DNA from: Candidatus Omnitrophota bacterium
GTDB taxonomy: Bacteria > Omnitrophota > Omnitrophia > Omnitrophales > JACROU01
Assembly: GCA_029261035.1 (NCBI GenBank)
Contig: JAJDCD010000005.1
Span: 27,516-91,515 of the forward strand
DNA: 64,000 bases
Direction: 5' to 3'
The notes under the pieces: generated by a model
The model's database searches: none
Seen by the model: only the letters and a program-made list of their open reading frames with translations
Told to the model about the DNA's origin: nothing
Program-made: the position numbers and the translations under genes
Shown: one piece after another, positions 27,601 to 34,527 of the stretch
How positions within the stretch are numbered: the first letter of the stretch is position 1
How the letters are laid out: each line of letters opens with the position of its first letter

Positions 27601-29932
27601 TAAAGGTTTGGTGTCTCGTCTATTGAGTTTAAAGGATTTTAAGGAACCTAGCTTTTCTGAGGAGTCGGGGGCCGTACAGGCGGCATCTTTAGGAAATGTT
27701 CTGCCTAAAAAAGAAAATATATTAGATGTGATGACACCTGAGCGTGTAGAGCAAGCGATTAACGCCTTGAATTATTCAACGGAAGTAAGGCCAACGGATT
27801 CTTTGGGAAACCCTGGAGCTTTAATTAATATTAAGGGAGCTCGCCGTTTATTTTCTATTGGGGATTTGCATGGACGTTATGACAATTTGGAAAAAGCACT
27901 TCTGTCTCGTGATGGGTTTGGGTTAACGATGCTTGACGCTCTCAATAGAGGAGATACGCATCTCGTTATATTGGGTGATGCGATTCATGCAGGTTCAGCA
28001 GATACATCGGATGAAGCTTACTTAGATTCTTTTCGTTTGATGATGGCGATTATGAATTTAAAAGCACAATTTCCAAATTCGGTTCATTATATTTTAGGAA
28101 ACCATGATGCTTCTAATATTGGGGATGTTGAAAAGAATCGTCTGCAAAATTCCACTTTTAAACAAGGAGCTGTTCAGAGTTTTAAGTTTGAAGTGCTTGT
28201 AAAAAAAGAGTTTGGATCAGAACGCTTAGAACAAGTGAAACGGTTTTTTGAGAAATCTCCTGCGGCTTCTAAAGTGTCCTATAGAGATCAAGCGGTTCTT
28301 TTGGTTCATGCAGGTTTGACAAGCGATGTCCAAACAGAAGAGGCTTTCGTTAATTTGTTTGTCAGTAGTCAGGGTAAAAGGAGTTATGATTCAAAAAAAT
28401 TGCAAGGGGTACTGACGAATCGAAAGTTTGATCCAACTCTCATTCGTAGTGGAGCTGAGAAAGTGGGAGTTGATTTAGTCGTATCAGGGCATAACCCTCC
28501 GTTTCATCGTTCTGCAAAAAGGCAAGGGTTACAACCTATTCAGGATTGGAATCGTTTTGCGGCCCATGTGGATAACAAACAAATTGTGTTGGATGCACAA
28601 GATGGTAATGCGGGGCACTTTGACCTTGATTTGGGACGTCCCATACCACAAGATGTTTCTTATTTAGAAGCGGTGGATGGCAACAGTGCTTTTGTGTCTT
28701 ACCAGCCTGTTGCTGTGGAAGGTAATTCTCTTGGAACAGCGGTTCTGGATAAAGGAGCAACAGAAGATGTTGAGCTAAGACTTAAAAATGCATTTGAATT
28801 CAGTCGAGTATTGGCTGGGGTATCGTTTGCAACCACGAATAAAGCAACGTTAAACCAGCAGTTTCGAGACTTTATCTCCTTTGCATTAAATATTGATCCA
28901 GTAAAGAGGACATCTTTTTTAAATCAGTTAAAACAAAACTTAAAAACTACTTTTGAACAATTGGTAAAACCAAATGAATTAGGCGCTTTAACTCAAAAAC
29001 TAGCAAATCGTCAAGATTTTACAGATGCTTCTCTTAGGGAATTCTTTGTGGATGAATTTGGAACAGACGGAATTTTAGAAGGGGAGCAATTAGGAAGTTT
29101 TAGAGATCAAGTGAATCAGGTTTTAGGAGTAACTCGAGGAGTTGCTGGAGAAAGAACATCGGCTCAAGTAGGAAGTGTAAATGTACAGCAAGGGCTAAGA
29201 AGTTTTGATGCGAGTATTACCGCTTTGATGCAAGAATCAGAATTTCCAGCAACATTTGATGCTGATTTGTCCTTAGCGTTAGATGCGATTGAAAGTGAAT
29301 TTTCAACAAGGTTAGGCCTTTTAGAGCAGGATTTTGGAGATCAACTAAAACAATCAACTCAGATTCAGTTTGATGGAGATGCTTTCTTGGCAACAGCACA
29401 AGATTTGACTAATATTCAAGAAACATTAAAGGGAATAGGTAACAAAGGAAAGCTTATTGTTTATCATTTACCATCCCAGACCGCAGCTATTAATGATGTG
29501 TATGCTCAACTTTCTGCTGAGGATAAAACAGCTCTTTCTAAAATTAAAAAAGTGCGTTCTCCTGTGATTCATGTTTCAGATTTAGACCGAGCAACAAAAA
29601 AAGCCGTTAGAGAAAATCAAGGCACAGCAATTTTGTTTGGTGAAGGGAAGTTAAAGGCGCTTCTCAGGGCAAAAGATTTTAATAAAATGCAAACTAATGT
29701 GGATACTCTTGATAAATATTCTCGTTTGATCTCTATACTGAACCAGTTTGTTTTAACACTATCTCGTATTCCTGAAGATGATACAACGGGAATGAGGCAA
29801 CGTCTTATTGAGGAATTTAAGGATTTAGGGTTTAAAGAAGAAAATGGAATTATCACTATTGATTTGAGTCGATTAGTTCAACGGGTTACAGCAGAATACA
29901 AAGCTGTGGCAGCTGCTAAAAAGGCAGCTTAA
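18635..29932 (+). CDS. Giant modular exported protein C (3765 aa): QDAH/GGFH domain, helical repeats, FHA, TPR+DnaJ, HipA/PI3-4-kinase-like, metallophosphoesterase, C-terminal domain ending KKAA
   Basis: FHA (IGRS..SGSH..DTSKNGT), J domain (KKAYRKLMIKYHPD), kinase (LLKE..DEDRFANN..IDH), phosphatase (GDLHG, GDAIH, GNHD, HAG, GH); six SLG boundaries. Confidence 0.9.
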   Translation: MNSYSGQPNSCQVERNVLLKKVGSLLVFFFFLINSVFYPISEVWSNPTFNSIVIPSVNKIEIPKEFGIVEEVYQSPTATENNPLIIYLQDAHCIYEAQFNIKNLIQSFQEEHNLNLVALEGGSGALETDLFRSFPVQEIKEKVIDGFVRKGELSGAEYAAIVNPKESTYWGIEDMDIYYENKEAFLKSIEVKERVDMKLLDIRRWLKKKKDEIYSKRLKENFDKSEDYETERINLLEYIKYLIASAKSLNLDLSSYVAMAELLQGMEREKTIDFTQAQSDAFNMERDVERFYKNSSGAEAQEALKDFQSKITDFKERKVEKDQFYPWLWSYAKRMGVVSEGEGKSQYRNLSHYINHLNQLEQIQGEELFKELEQIDREIKSQLFENEEQKILDQHFYHLKILENLSKLELTREELAYYQSNKELFEEQQFWEFMDRNMGRLELDDLFQPHMKFYDAALKRDQVLYDNLMSLMDKQNKKFAMVVTGGFHTGGIKEKFKKEGFSYLVLTPRITHFDDETPYWDVMKGKVSYAKYKQTTTLSPELALNVYKEAAAQEISNQLAQAITDDLPSVLNQWKQNILQRQAQGENQVQIVDGLINQFVLGLKEVGLEGSAAEQLQKALNAYFQGQLEVAVKSIEALENLLSSPDIEGVSPIDVQNVLQQNQQTRAEVQNLESANAFSLGDVKAAYTEIETEMQLLGLDFQDFNLFTALLPRGEGTREEFAIKVTRYLESVENPEVSLTESERSENLKLDNFFKGSFKRGIFSDEIPASKISAARVVLDKIKTLLPSAQDVFEKEEAEFQEKKGQVLTYLQSVRYSPGIALEELLNFRSITNETGQPVFPGGLWDYEDLDRMDEDADVVAAIEAASSLYREEEGRVALEQELLAERKRQEKETAIRSFYADILNANQSDFDALITELQGSEKALEKRLSPLGIAVAITSSTGETEFKELSLWDFDTLDILERPDIQALKLSSEQKIRTEIERRKRVEEAAKDAQRINDFNRRAALAADYFKNLTLDPQKELQEILDGIYQLKDKNGASVVSLWSLDSVEDHSDVQSAKASAIDRLTQAKQEWDRINQQYAESSQFVDRATKVSQLTQYYDGLLGQYQLGMDIEQMASPFQATYVTVNEAGEQVQSRVLNGWTDSDWSISELDEVKALAEKVKAQLETRKTELEILNQQYAENQEFISYANRIQKQIRFYNNLSYEPGMDVFEAADIYRNSELRPLFSIWEDDSSQKDVLVLKARNNALDRLARQEAASEESLLPQGFYAVHSATAAQKIASILDAAVSNNPRLATRIQINKDNGAVKDIKLDNSFLDVEQDGNPLTRISSSLEDWSGITPGENFKGLSLDDSKVLLEIDNLLFSIDGEGNYEEVSAQSLGVREIYEELEEDLELLKITPRQFQSLAHDLKAASKNRRNYIATVQKVVDTLLSGNEHVYSADEQSVKDVIDRYFRAGLKKKGIFSRAIPSQNIKAAEDVLSRIASFVSRGKRLQTSLAKKISEKYNVGQVDAERRASELVNTLFDRGESAQDLMQVANELIKNIRINQPGVKNKGRLDWLEFFELLEVSPDITAQQLLTLIQNFAEKNIPAGPFLDFAQASESSSQDSERSIVDQDIGRIVAPFKDYGIKNLRHFVNAFSVEGEEGASYFSLFSRNNGPQELDFIKRLGRIFPSAINTQDVVDRFTDAGLIQEDIGVYLSDALAQGEQLGRLTQLSRILIEFSIDEENEDAVRAFLLSIQSKLPDSFSGIREVVNKIVVQTSINPIEVQPFYEFNQGIAFSDEHKKLVLASVLLRQAQVSEADVFNLLNTNKSLSELGIEVSNQVAKEFYVTAFDDRGFSQIRKRLGDLVNKINASNPQKRFAYRQSGSDLLKTRKDQLLMAIRRAKIKEEQRVEAEERRKVFERQAAEQRVLESPVRIKQSLIKGEPIIIDSNNPITFELAGQSDFSLSLLPLSTGEIGIYLVNQAGQSFPLNIGTNNVLREGEDISIGRSELESFNLPGIVRVSGSHLKLRVDAKADGSGKHISITDTSKNGTVIQVDGTLGSLGDNLSSAIADRVRKANIDAVVLDLIADKPTGFPVGVNMQEYSRIEGILSELGGSQLRRNEAALKRVLRAAVQKMSLPTLEESLEQGRNLRVDGQFDQAIDYYLNLPVQQQQNVNVQLGLFHSYLGAKQLENAASVLEDLNISRTLSDYEKEARRGQLERFNTEGIPYMLLDAAIGAEYVDVKKAYRKLMIKYHPDRYGNESQEIQDAVKNISAALNGAHTSIEITAKSLGQLGTLDKIQVRSDESLNTLIPFIQRTRDNSLKRRLDSILSKPPNQRDVREVNQLIQQIARGLKVHPSRLFKSPVQPQRSRGAAVLSRTRRAPERAPRLVPSGRREQVPVKRQRRRRVAPPQTPQVRIQDKSLYDQEAQAIQRALQEAERRAAFSREQQRVRREARIAAIEEQLKKPLVERLETVSLEEVESILQGSIASGIQGRRNYFKDSVTGDYYLLKEMTFATFGDVLHSEVSDLVGFDSVRAEYVENFNGKTGLLTKIVRDSQTLGDFTRFSNHGNIDSRGVVQDLKKASVVDLLLLDEDRFANNFLVTVSVDGKARLHSIDHPPSEIDSYTKYLETLGLTEQNVGRGRSFASDLEAVGRLVDLQKIVDDITKQSQFGNNAKKEIARRFQIISQNLFNSGNPEDQKMASKIGGKLRDYLILQAYVKNQLSQAVQVKGANGVTLRGSRYFGLNDQDIDFNRDLLPVITELKEKLTDEKIDSILESANIPQEKRNAVRETMRLRRDLIEEVLREYYSRPREIDASIGYLTPDDVTNELLITDRVFQRAVEKEVLPVLEEIRDTALSEGKVEVLVERAKLSKALVQVAVKLKRLTADFTTRVGETPRPDENVVKSNQGKDLIDLRIYQLLFFVEQFNQIVDTAGKTPIQKLILGRSTAEIAPLLRLSPQKGVVNKDIYAAIKSLSVLSRPAPTNPNFNNLMQRRENKLELDAKGLVSRLLSLKDFKEPSFSEESGAVQAASLGNVLPKKENILDVMTPERVEQAINALNYSTEVRPTDSLGNPGALINIKGARRLFSIGDLHGRYDNLEKALLSRDGFGLTMLDALNRGDTHLVILGDAIHAGSADTSDEAYLDSFRLMMAIMNLKAQFPNSVHYILGNHDASNIGDVEKNRLQNSTFKQGAVQSFKFEVLVKKEFGSERLEQVKRFFEKSPAASKVSYRDQAVLLVHAGLTSDVQTEEAFVNLFVSSQGKRSYDSKKLQGVLTNRKFDPTLIRSGAEKVGVDLVVSGHNPPFHRSAKRQGLQPIQDWNRFAAHVDNKQIVLDAQDGNAGHFDLDLGRPIPQDVSYLEAVDGNSAFVSYQPVAVEGNSLGTAVLDKGATEDVELRLKNAFEFSRVLAGVSFATTNKATLNQQFRDFISFALNIDPVKRTSFLNQLKQNLKTTFEQLVKPNELGALTQKLANRQDFTDASLREFFVDEFGTDGILEGEQLGSFRDQVNQVLGVTRGVAGERTSAQVGSVNVQQGLRSFDASITALMQESEFPATFDADLSLALDAIESEFSTRLGLLEQDFGDQLKQSTQIQFDGDAFLATAQDLTNIQETLKGIGNKGKLIVYHLPSQTAAINDVYAQLSAEDKTALSKIKKVRSPVIHVSDLDRATKKAVRENQGTAILFGEGKLKALLRAKDFNKMQTNVDTLDKYSRLISILNQFVLTLSRIPEDDTTGMRQRLIEEFKDLGFKEENGIITIDLSRLVQRVTAEYKAVAAAKKAA

Positions 29933-29976
29933 TATGTGTCCTCTTTTGGGGTAGAATGGATATGCTTAAAGATAGT

Positions 29977-30081
29977 TTGTCATCCCCGAATGTATGAGTC
30001 GGGGATCCAGATTTGATAAAGGGATAGTAAGGAGACTCTAAGGTCTTATGGGTTTCCGACTAAAGATTTCGGGAACGACAA
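29977..30081. repeat. Paired REP-like palindromes (GTCATCCC family) downstream of gene C
   Basis: TTGTCATCCCCGA..TCGGGGATCCAG ... TGGGTTTCCGA..TCGGGAACGACAA. Confidence 0.75.
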
Positions 30082-30152
30082 TTATCTTTTTATTCTTTAA
30101 ATAAATTCGTGAATATGGGCATAGATGGTTTAATAAAAGGGGCGATAAAGCA

Positions 30153-33100
30153 ATGAAACGGATTAGAATTGCTTTCATATATTTTACTTTGCTGACGTTT
30201 TGCAGTACTTCTATGCCTCAACATTCTTTTGCTGAAGCTGCAAAAGAAAATGTTTCTATCAAATCATTCCTGGATATCTCACCTGATTTAGCTCTTGTGG
30301 ATGAGGTTTATTATCCTAAAAACTCTAAAAACAAAGACAAATTCCTTATTTTCATTCAAGATCATCATGCGTCCGTACAGATGCAACGTCAAATAGCTCA
30401 GTTGATTCAGTGGTATGTTAAAGAAAAGCAAATTCCTTTGGTGGGTTATGAGGGAAATCGAGGTTTAATTCAGACGGATAAAGTTTTTTGGGTGCCCAGC
30501 CCAGAACTTAATTTAGAAGTGTCAGAGTACTTTCTCAAACAGCTTCAAATATCAGGCCCAGAATATGCGCATATCAATAAACAAAAAGAATTTGATTTAG
30601 TGGGTGTTGAAGATATGGGTTTGTATCGAAAAAATTTAAAATTGTTTCAAGATGCTTTCCGAATACGTTCTGAAGCAGAAGGTATTCTTAAGGTGCTAGA
30701 AAAAGAGATTGAAAGAAGTATTCGCTCTAGAGCTTCAGACTCCTTGATTAAGATTTTTGCAATGATGAAACAATATCGAGATAACCCAAGAGAAATGTAT
30801 GCGTACTTAGAGTTTCTCAGCAAGAGAGACCCTGAACAAGTCGCGATGTTAAAACAAATTCAATTGCTTCAAGAATTAGATCAATCCCAAAAAAAATGGG
30901 ATCCGTTAAAGCTTGTAAATGAGATGGGTGGATTTTTGCTTCAAAATAATATCAATGTAGATTCCGAACAATTGAAAATAGAAATTTCTCAACCTTCAGC
31001 AAATACAAAAAAAGCAATTCGTAATATGTCAGATGGAGAGAGGTCTGCTTTTCCTCTAATAAACTCTTGGTCGAATTATATCGAAAAAAGAGATCAGTTG
31101 GATGTTTCGGAGCTTTATAAAGAGCTGAGTATTTTAGAAAAAAACGTTGTTAAGCGTCTAGCACAAGCAGAAGGTTTGTACCCATTGTTTGAAGCTTGGT
31201 TTCATGTAGAGGCTTTGAAGAGTATTTTGTATTTGTCTGCAACGAGACAGCAAGTAGAGGAGTTCTGGACTCAACCGCTGTCTTATAAACAAAAATATTT
31301 TACTGACACATTAGCACCTTATTCAAAAGGGATTGAAACACAGTTAAAGAATAAAAATTTAGATTCCTTGATGCGATTTCCAAACCAATTTTATAGAACC
31401 GCTTTGGATCGAGATCTTGTTATGGCTCGTCAAATTATGAAGTACCTAGAAGATCAGAACCGAATGCTTTTTGTGTCTGGAGGTTTTCATAGACGAGGGG
31501 TGACTCAAGTGCTTCGAAGAAACAAAATTCCCTATGCGGTATTAACACCTCAAGTAGACACGGATCAAAAGATTCAAGACAAAATTTATATGCAACGTGT
31601 TTTAAATGCTCCATGGATTGAGACGGGTCAGTTTGGCCGAGTTCAAAGTTTTAGACAGCCGACTTTGTTTAATCAGCTGCCTTCCAAAGCGCGTGTTCTG
31701 GTGGACCAAGTGGCCATGCGTATAGCTCGTCAAGTAAAGCGGTTGGAAGTGACTGTTCCTCAAATTCAAGCGATGCTTCAGGACGACATGGATCGTTTTT
31801 TAAATAGAGGTTTTCAACCTGTGTCTGCGCAAAGCCTAGGGGATACGACCGTCTTGGACACGAGTTTGCTTTTTCCGCAAGACCTTATTGAAGATCAATA
31901 TGATGATAGTCCTGTATTACTTCTTTTTAAGGCTAGAATGGGAAACACTCCTGAACAGACTCCTGAATATGAATTTGCAACGGATGTGGATACTCAAATA
32001 ACAAGATCTATGGAACCTGGCGTTAGGCAGGTTCTAAACCAAATCCAGCAAATCAAAAATAAATTGGATACGATAAATAAAGAGATTTTTTATGGTGTGC
32101 AAATACATGTAATGAGAAATTCATCAAAATCAATTTCGTTGAGGGAGGAGCAGAAGCAGCTTATCTTAGAAGTTGATTATCGACTTTTTGTAAATAAAAA
32201 TATTTTATTTCCAGCAATCATAGAAATAATCATGGGTAATCATCTGAGGGAAGTTCCCAACTTACAATGGGTTAAACTGTATGCAGTATTTGAAGCTTTA
32301 AAATGGTTGGCAAATTCTCAGCCGGATTCAGATGTGCAAGCTTGGCTGCTTAGAAGTTTAGCCCATGATGATGTTCAATATTATCGGTTTGCTCAATTCA
32401 TGACAGATAACTGGCGAACTTTTGACCCAAATCAAGAGCGAGAAATTCATTTTTCGGATTTGGATCAGCAGCCGCTGCTTGTTGGGATTGCTAACGAAAT
32501 TTGGCCCAAGAGTAAGGAGCAAGAAGCTGAGATTCAACAGCTGAATCCAGAAGCCGCAAGTTTTGACTTGGAACAGTTTAAAATTTTATTTGGAGATCTT
32601 GATCAAGTAACAGAAGCTCTAGAACATATTCACAGCTATCGGGAAATTAAACAGGTTGAAGTAACTATCGATAACCATGTAGCAAATATGGACGATTTAA
32701 CAAAAGTTCAATTGTATGAGATTATAGACCGTATATTGGCTACTGAAGCTCGAGATCGGGAACATCGCCTTCATTTCGTTCGTTACTTGATGAATTTTTT
32801 AATTGTTAATCAGAGGTATGATTTAGCGACACATATTATGTTTTTAATTAAAGATACTCAGGATCCCATGGATACAGTTATTCGTGTGTATGAAGGGATG
32901 GATTTAGGTGCATTAATGGGCGTTCAGTTAGAAGTACATGATGTAGCAAGTTTTCTGTCTTATCTTCATGAAGAAGGTGTGGTCTTTGGAGCGGAACGTT
33001 ATACCGTGGAAGATATTGCTTTTTCTGCTGCCGATGCATTTCCAGAACTTGAGGGTGTTAGTAACGATCAAATTAATGAAGTTTACGAAACGTTTGAAGC

Positions 33101-34331
33101 TATTGTGTATGGGGCAAGTTTAGGTCGAAATGTTTTGGAATGGGCTATTGATTATAACCCTGATTTGATACAACAGAATTATGATTTAGACGATGAAATT
33201 GATCGAAGAGTCAGAGATTTTCAAATGGTCCTTTTGGGGCTGAGGAATGAAGGTGGGGCGCTTAAGGAATTTGAAAAAAGAGTAGATCTTGCTGCGAGGA
33301 CATTAAAGGGACTTATTAATAACGCTTTGGATGCTATCGAAATGCTGGGAGAGTCTGGTTCTGTTAGTATATCATCACGCCTTGGAGGTGGTAATTTGCG
33401 CGTGAAGGTTAAAGATACAGGAGAGGGTGTGCCTCAGGGTGAAAGAGAAAGATTGTTTGTAGAGGATATCGAATCCAGAAAGTTAGGTTATGCTGATGGA
33501 AGTATGAGAGGAGGGATGGGGGTGTTTTTAAAAGCTTCTAGAATGAATTTATTGCGTTTGGGGGGGGATATTAATATTTTTCCTCAGAGTGAAGAAAGAG
33601 GATCTCTTTTTTCATTTTCTTTGCCTCTGTTAGAGCGTTCTAAAGAACAGCGCAGTGAGGCAAAAAGTTTGGGGCTTCAAAATCAGAAAGTCAAAGAAAG
33701 GTATCAAGAAGTTGTTGTGGACATCAATCATGTCAGCGTATTGCCTTTTTTCTTAGAACGTTTAATTTTATTGTTGGAGCATTCAAAGTACAAGAGGGTT
33801 ACTTTTTTGATTCGTAGTAAGCAAGATGAGGGTGCTGTGAAGCAAGAGTTGAAACATTTAGGGATTTCAAGCCGTGCATTGAACAGAGTTCGTTTTAAAG
33901 TAAACCCCTTATTAACACCTCAGGATTTAGAAGAACTTAACCATTATTTAGAAGAGGTACAAAGTGATTTATCTTCAAAAAATAAGAAGTTTAGAAAAAA
34001 AGAAAAAGTATTAGATGTAGCAATGATTGCGAATTATCAAATACTTTTTAATTTAGATACGAAGCAATTTGTTACGCTTGCGAATGATCGAGTTGCGCGA
34101 GGTCAACAAGTTCAGTGGTTTCAGGCAACGAGCAGAGAAGAGGAGATGGGTGCTGTTTGGACTTTGTTTTCTTCAGCTTGGGAATTGCTTTCAGATAAAC
34201 AAACGAACAAAACGACCCGAAAGGATTGGAGAACGGGTATTTATTTAGTCAATTTTAGCTATTTAACAGAATCGATGGAGCGGTGGTTAAATCAGTACCG
34301 ACAAGAGCAAATTATACGCATTGCCGCATAA
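30153..34331 (+). CDS. Modular exported protein D (1392 aa): QDHH/GGFH domain, B-like cargo, stand-alone HATPase_c, C-terminal domain ending RIAA
   Basis: Signal peptide; AQSLG 31827, GASLG 33111, AKSLG 33660; N box LINNALDA, G1 DTGEGV, G2 GGMG. Confidence 0.88.
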   Translation: MKRIRIAFIYFTLLTFCSTSMPQHSFAEAAKENVSIKSFLDISPDLALVDEVYYPKNSKNKDKFLIFIQDHHASVQMQRQIAQLIQWYVKEKQIPLVGYEGNRGLIQTDKVFWVPSPELNLEVSEYFLKQLQISGPEYAHINKQKEFDLVGVEDMGLYRKNLKLFQDAFRIRSEAEGILKVLEKEIERSIRSRASDSLIKIFAMMKQYRDNPREMYAYLEFLSKRDPEQVAMLKQIQLLQELDQSQKKWDPLKLVNEMGGFLLQNNINVDSEQLKIEISQPSANTKKAIRNMSDGERSAFPLINSWSNYIEKRDQLDVSELYKELSILEKNVVKRLAQAEGLYPLFEAWFHVEALKSILYLSATRQQVEEFWTQPLSYKQKYFTDTLAPYSKGIETQLKNKNLDSLMRFPNQFYRTALDRDLVMARQIMKYLEDQNRMLFVSGGFHRRGVTQVLRRNKIPYAVLTPQVDTDQKIQDKIYMQRVLNAPWIETGQFGRVQSFRQPTLFNQLPSKARVLVDQVAMRIARQVKRLEVTVPQIQAMLQDDMDRFLNRGFQPVSAQSLGDTTVLDTSLLFPQDLIEDQYDDSPVLLLFKARMGNTPEQTPEYEFATDVDTQITRSMEPGVRQVLNQIQQIKNKLDTINKEIFYGVQIHVMRNSSKSISLREEQKQLILEVDYRLFVNKNILFPAIIEIIMGNHLREVPNLQWVKLYAVFEALKWLANSQPDSDVQAWLLRSLAHDDVQYYRFAQFMTDNWRTFDPNQEREIHFSDLDQQPLLVGIANEIWPKSKEQEAEIQQLNPEAASFDLEQFKILFGDLDQVTEALEHIHSYREIKQVEVTIDNHVANMDDLTKVQLYEIIDRILATEARDREHRLHFVRYLMNFLIVNQRYDLATHIMFLIKDTQDPMDTVIRVYEGMDLGALMGVQLEVHDVASFLSYLHEEGVVFGAERYTVEDIAFSAADAFPELEGVSNDQINEVYETFEAIVYGASLGRNVLEWAIDYNPDLIQQNYDLDDEIDRRVRDFQMVLLGLRNEGGALKEFEKRVDLAARTLKGLINNALDAIEMLGESGSVSISSRLGGGNLRVKVKDTGEGVPQGERERLFVEDIESRKLGYADGSMRGGMGVFLKASRMNLLRLGGDINIFPQSEERGSLFSFSLPLLERSKEQRSEAKSLGLQNQKVKERYQEVVVDINHVSVLPFFLERLILLLEHSKYKRVTFLIRSKQDEGAVKQELKHLGISSRALNRVRFKVNPLLTPQDLEELNHYLEEVQSDLSSKNKKFRKKEKVLDVAMIANYQILFNLDTKQFVTLANDRVARGQQVQWFQATSREEEMGAVWTLFSSAWELLSDKQTNKTTRKDWRTGIYLVNFSYLTESMERWLNQYRQEQIIRIAA

Positions 34332-34336
34332 TAACT

Positions 34337-34426
34337 TAACTTACTATAAATAAATGACTTATATCTATTTTTCAACAATTCAGAAGGTTATTTGGGTTTG
34401 ACATATATTTAGATTAGTGGCATTAT
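34337..34426 (+). promoter_or_regulatory. IHF-like dyad plus sigma70 promoter of gene E
   Basis: TAAC-N17-CTTA at 34337-34361; TTGACA (34398)-N17-CATTAT with TGn. Confidence 0.6.
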
Positions 34427-34527
34427 TTAATATATTTATAAAGTACTAATAAACACGGTATGGATTAGGTATTATGGGGTTTGGGTGTGCGGGCCAGACA
34501 CCTTAAGAGTAAAACGGGGAAGTAACT

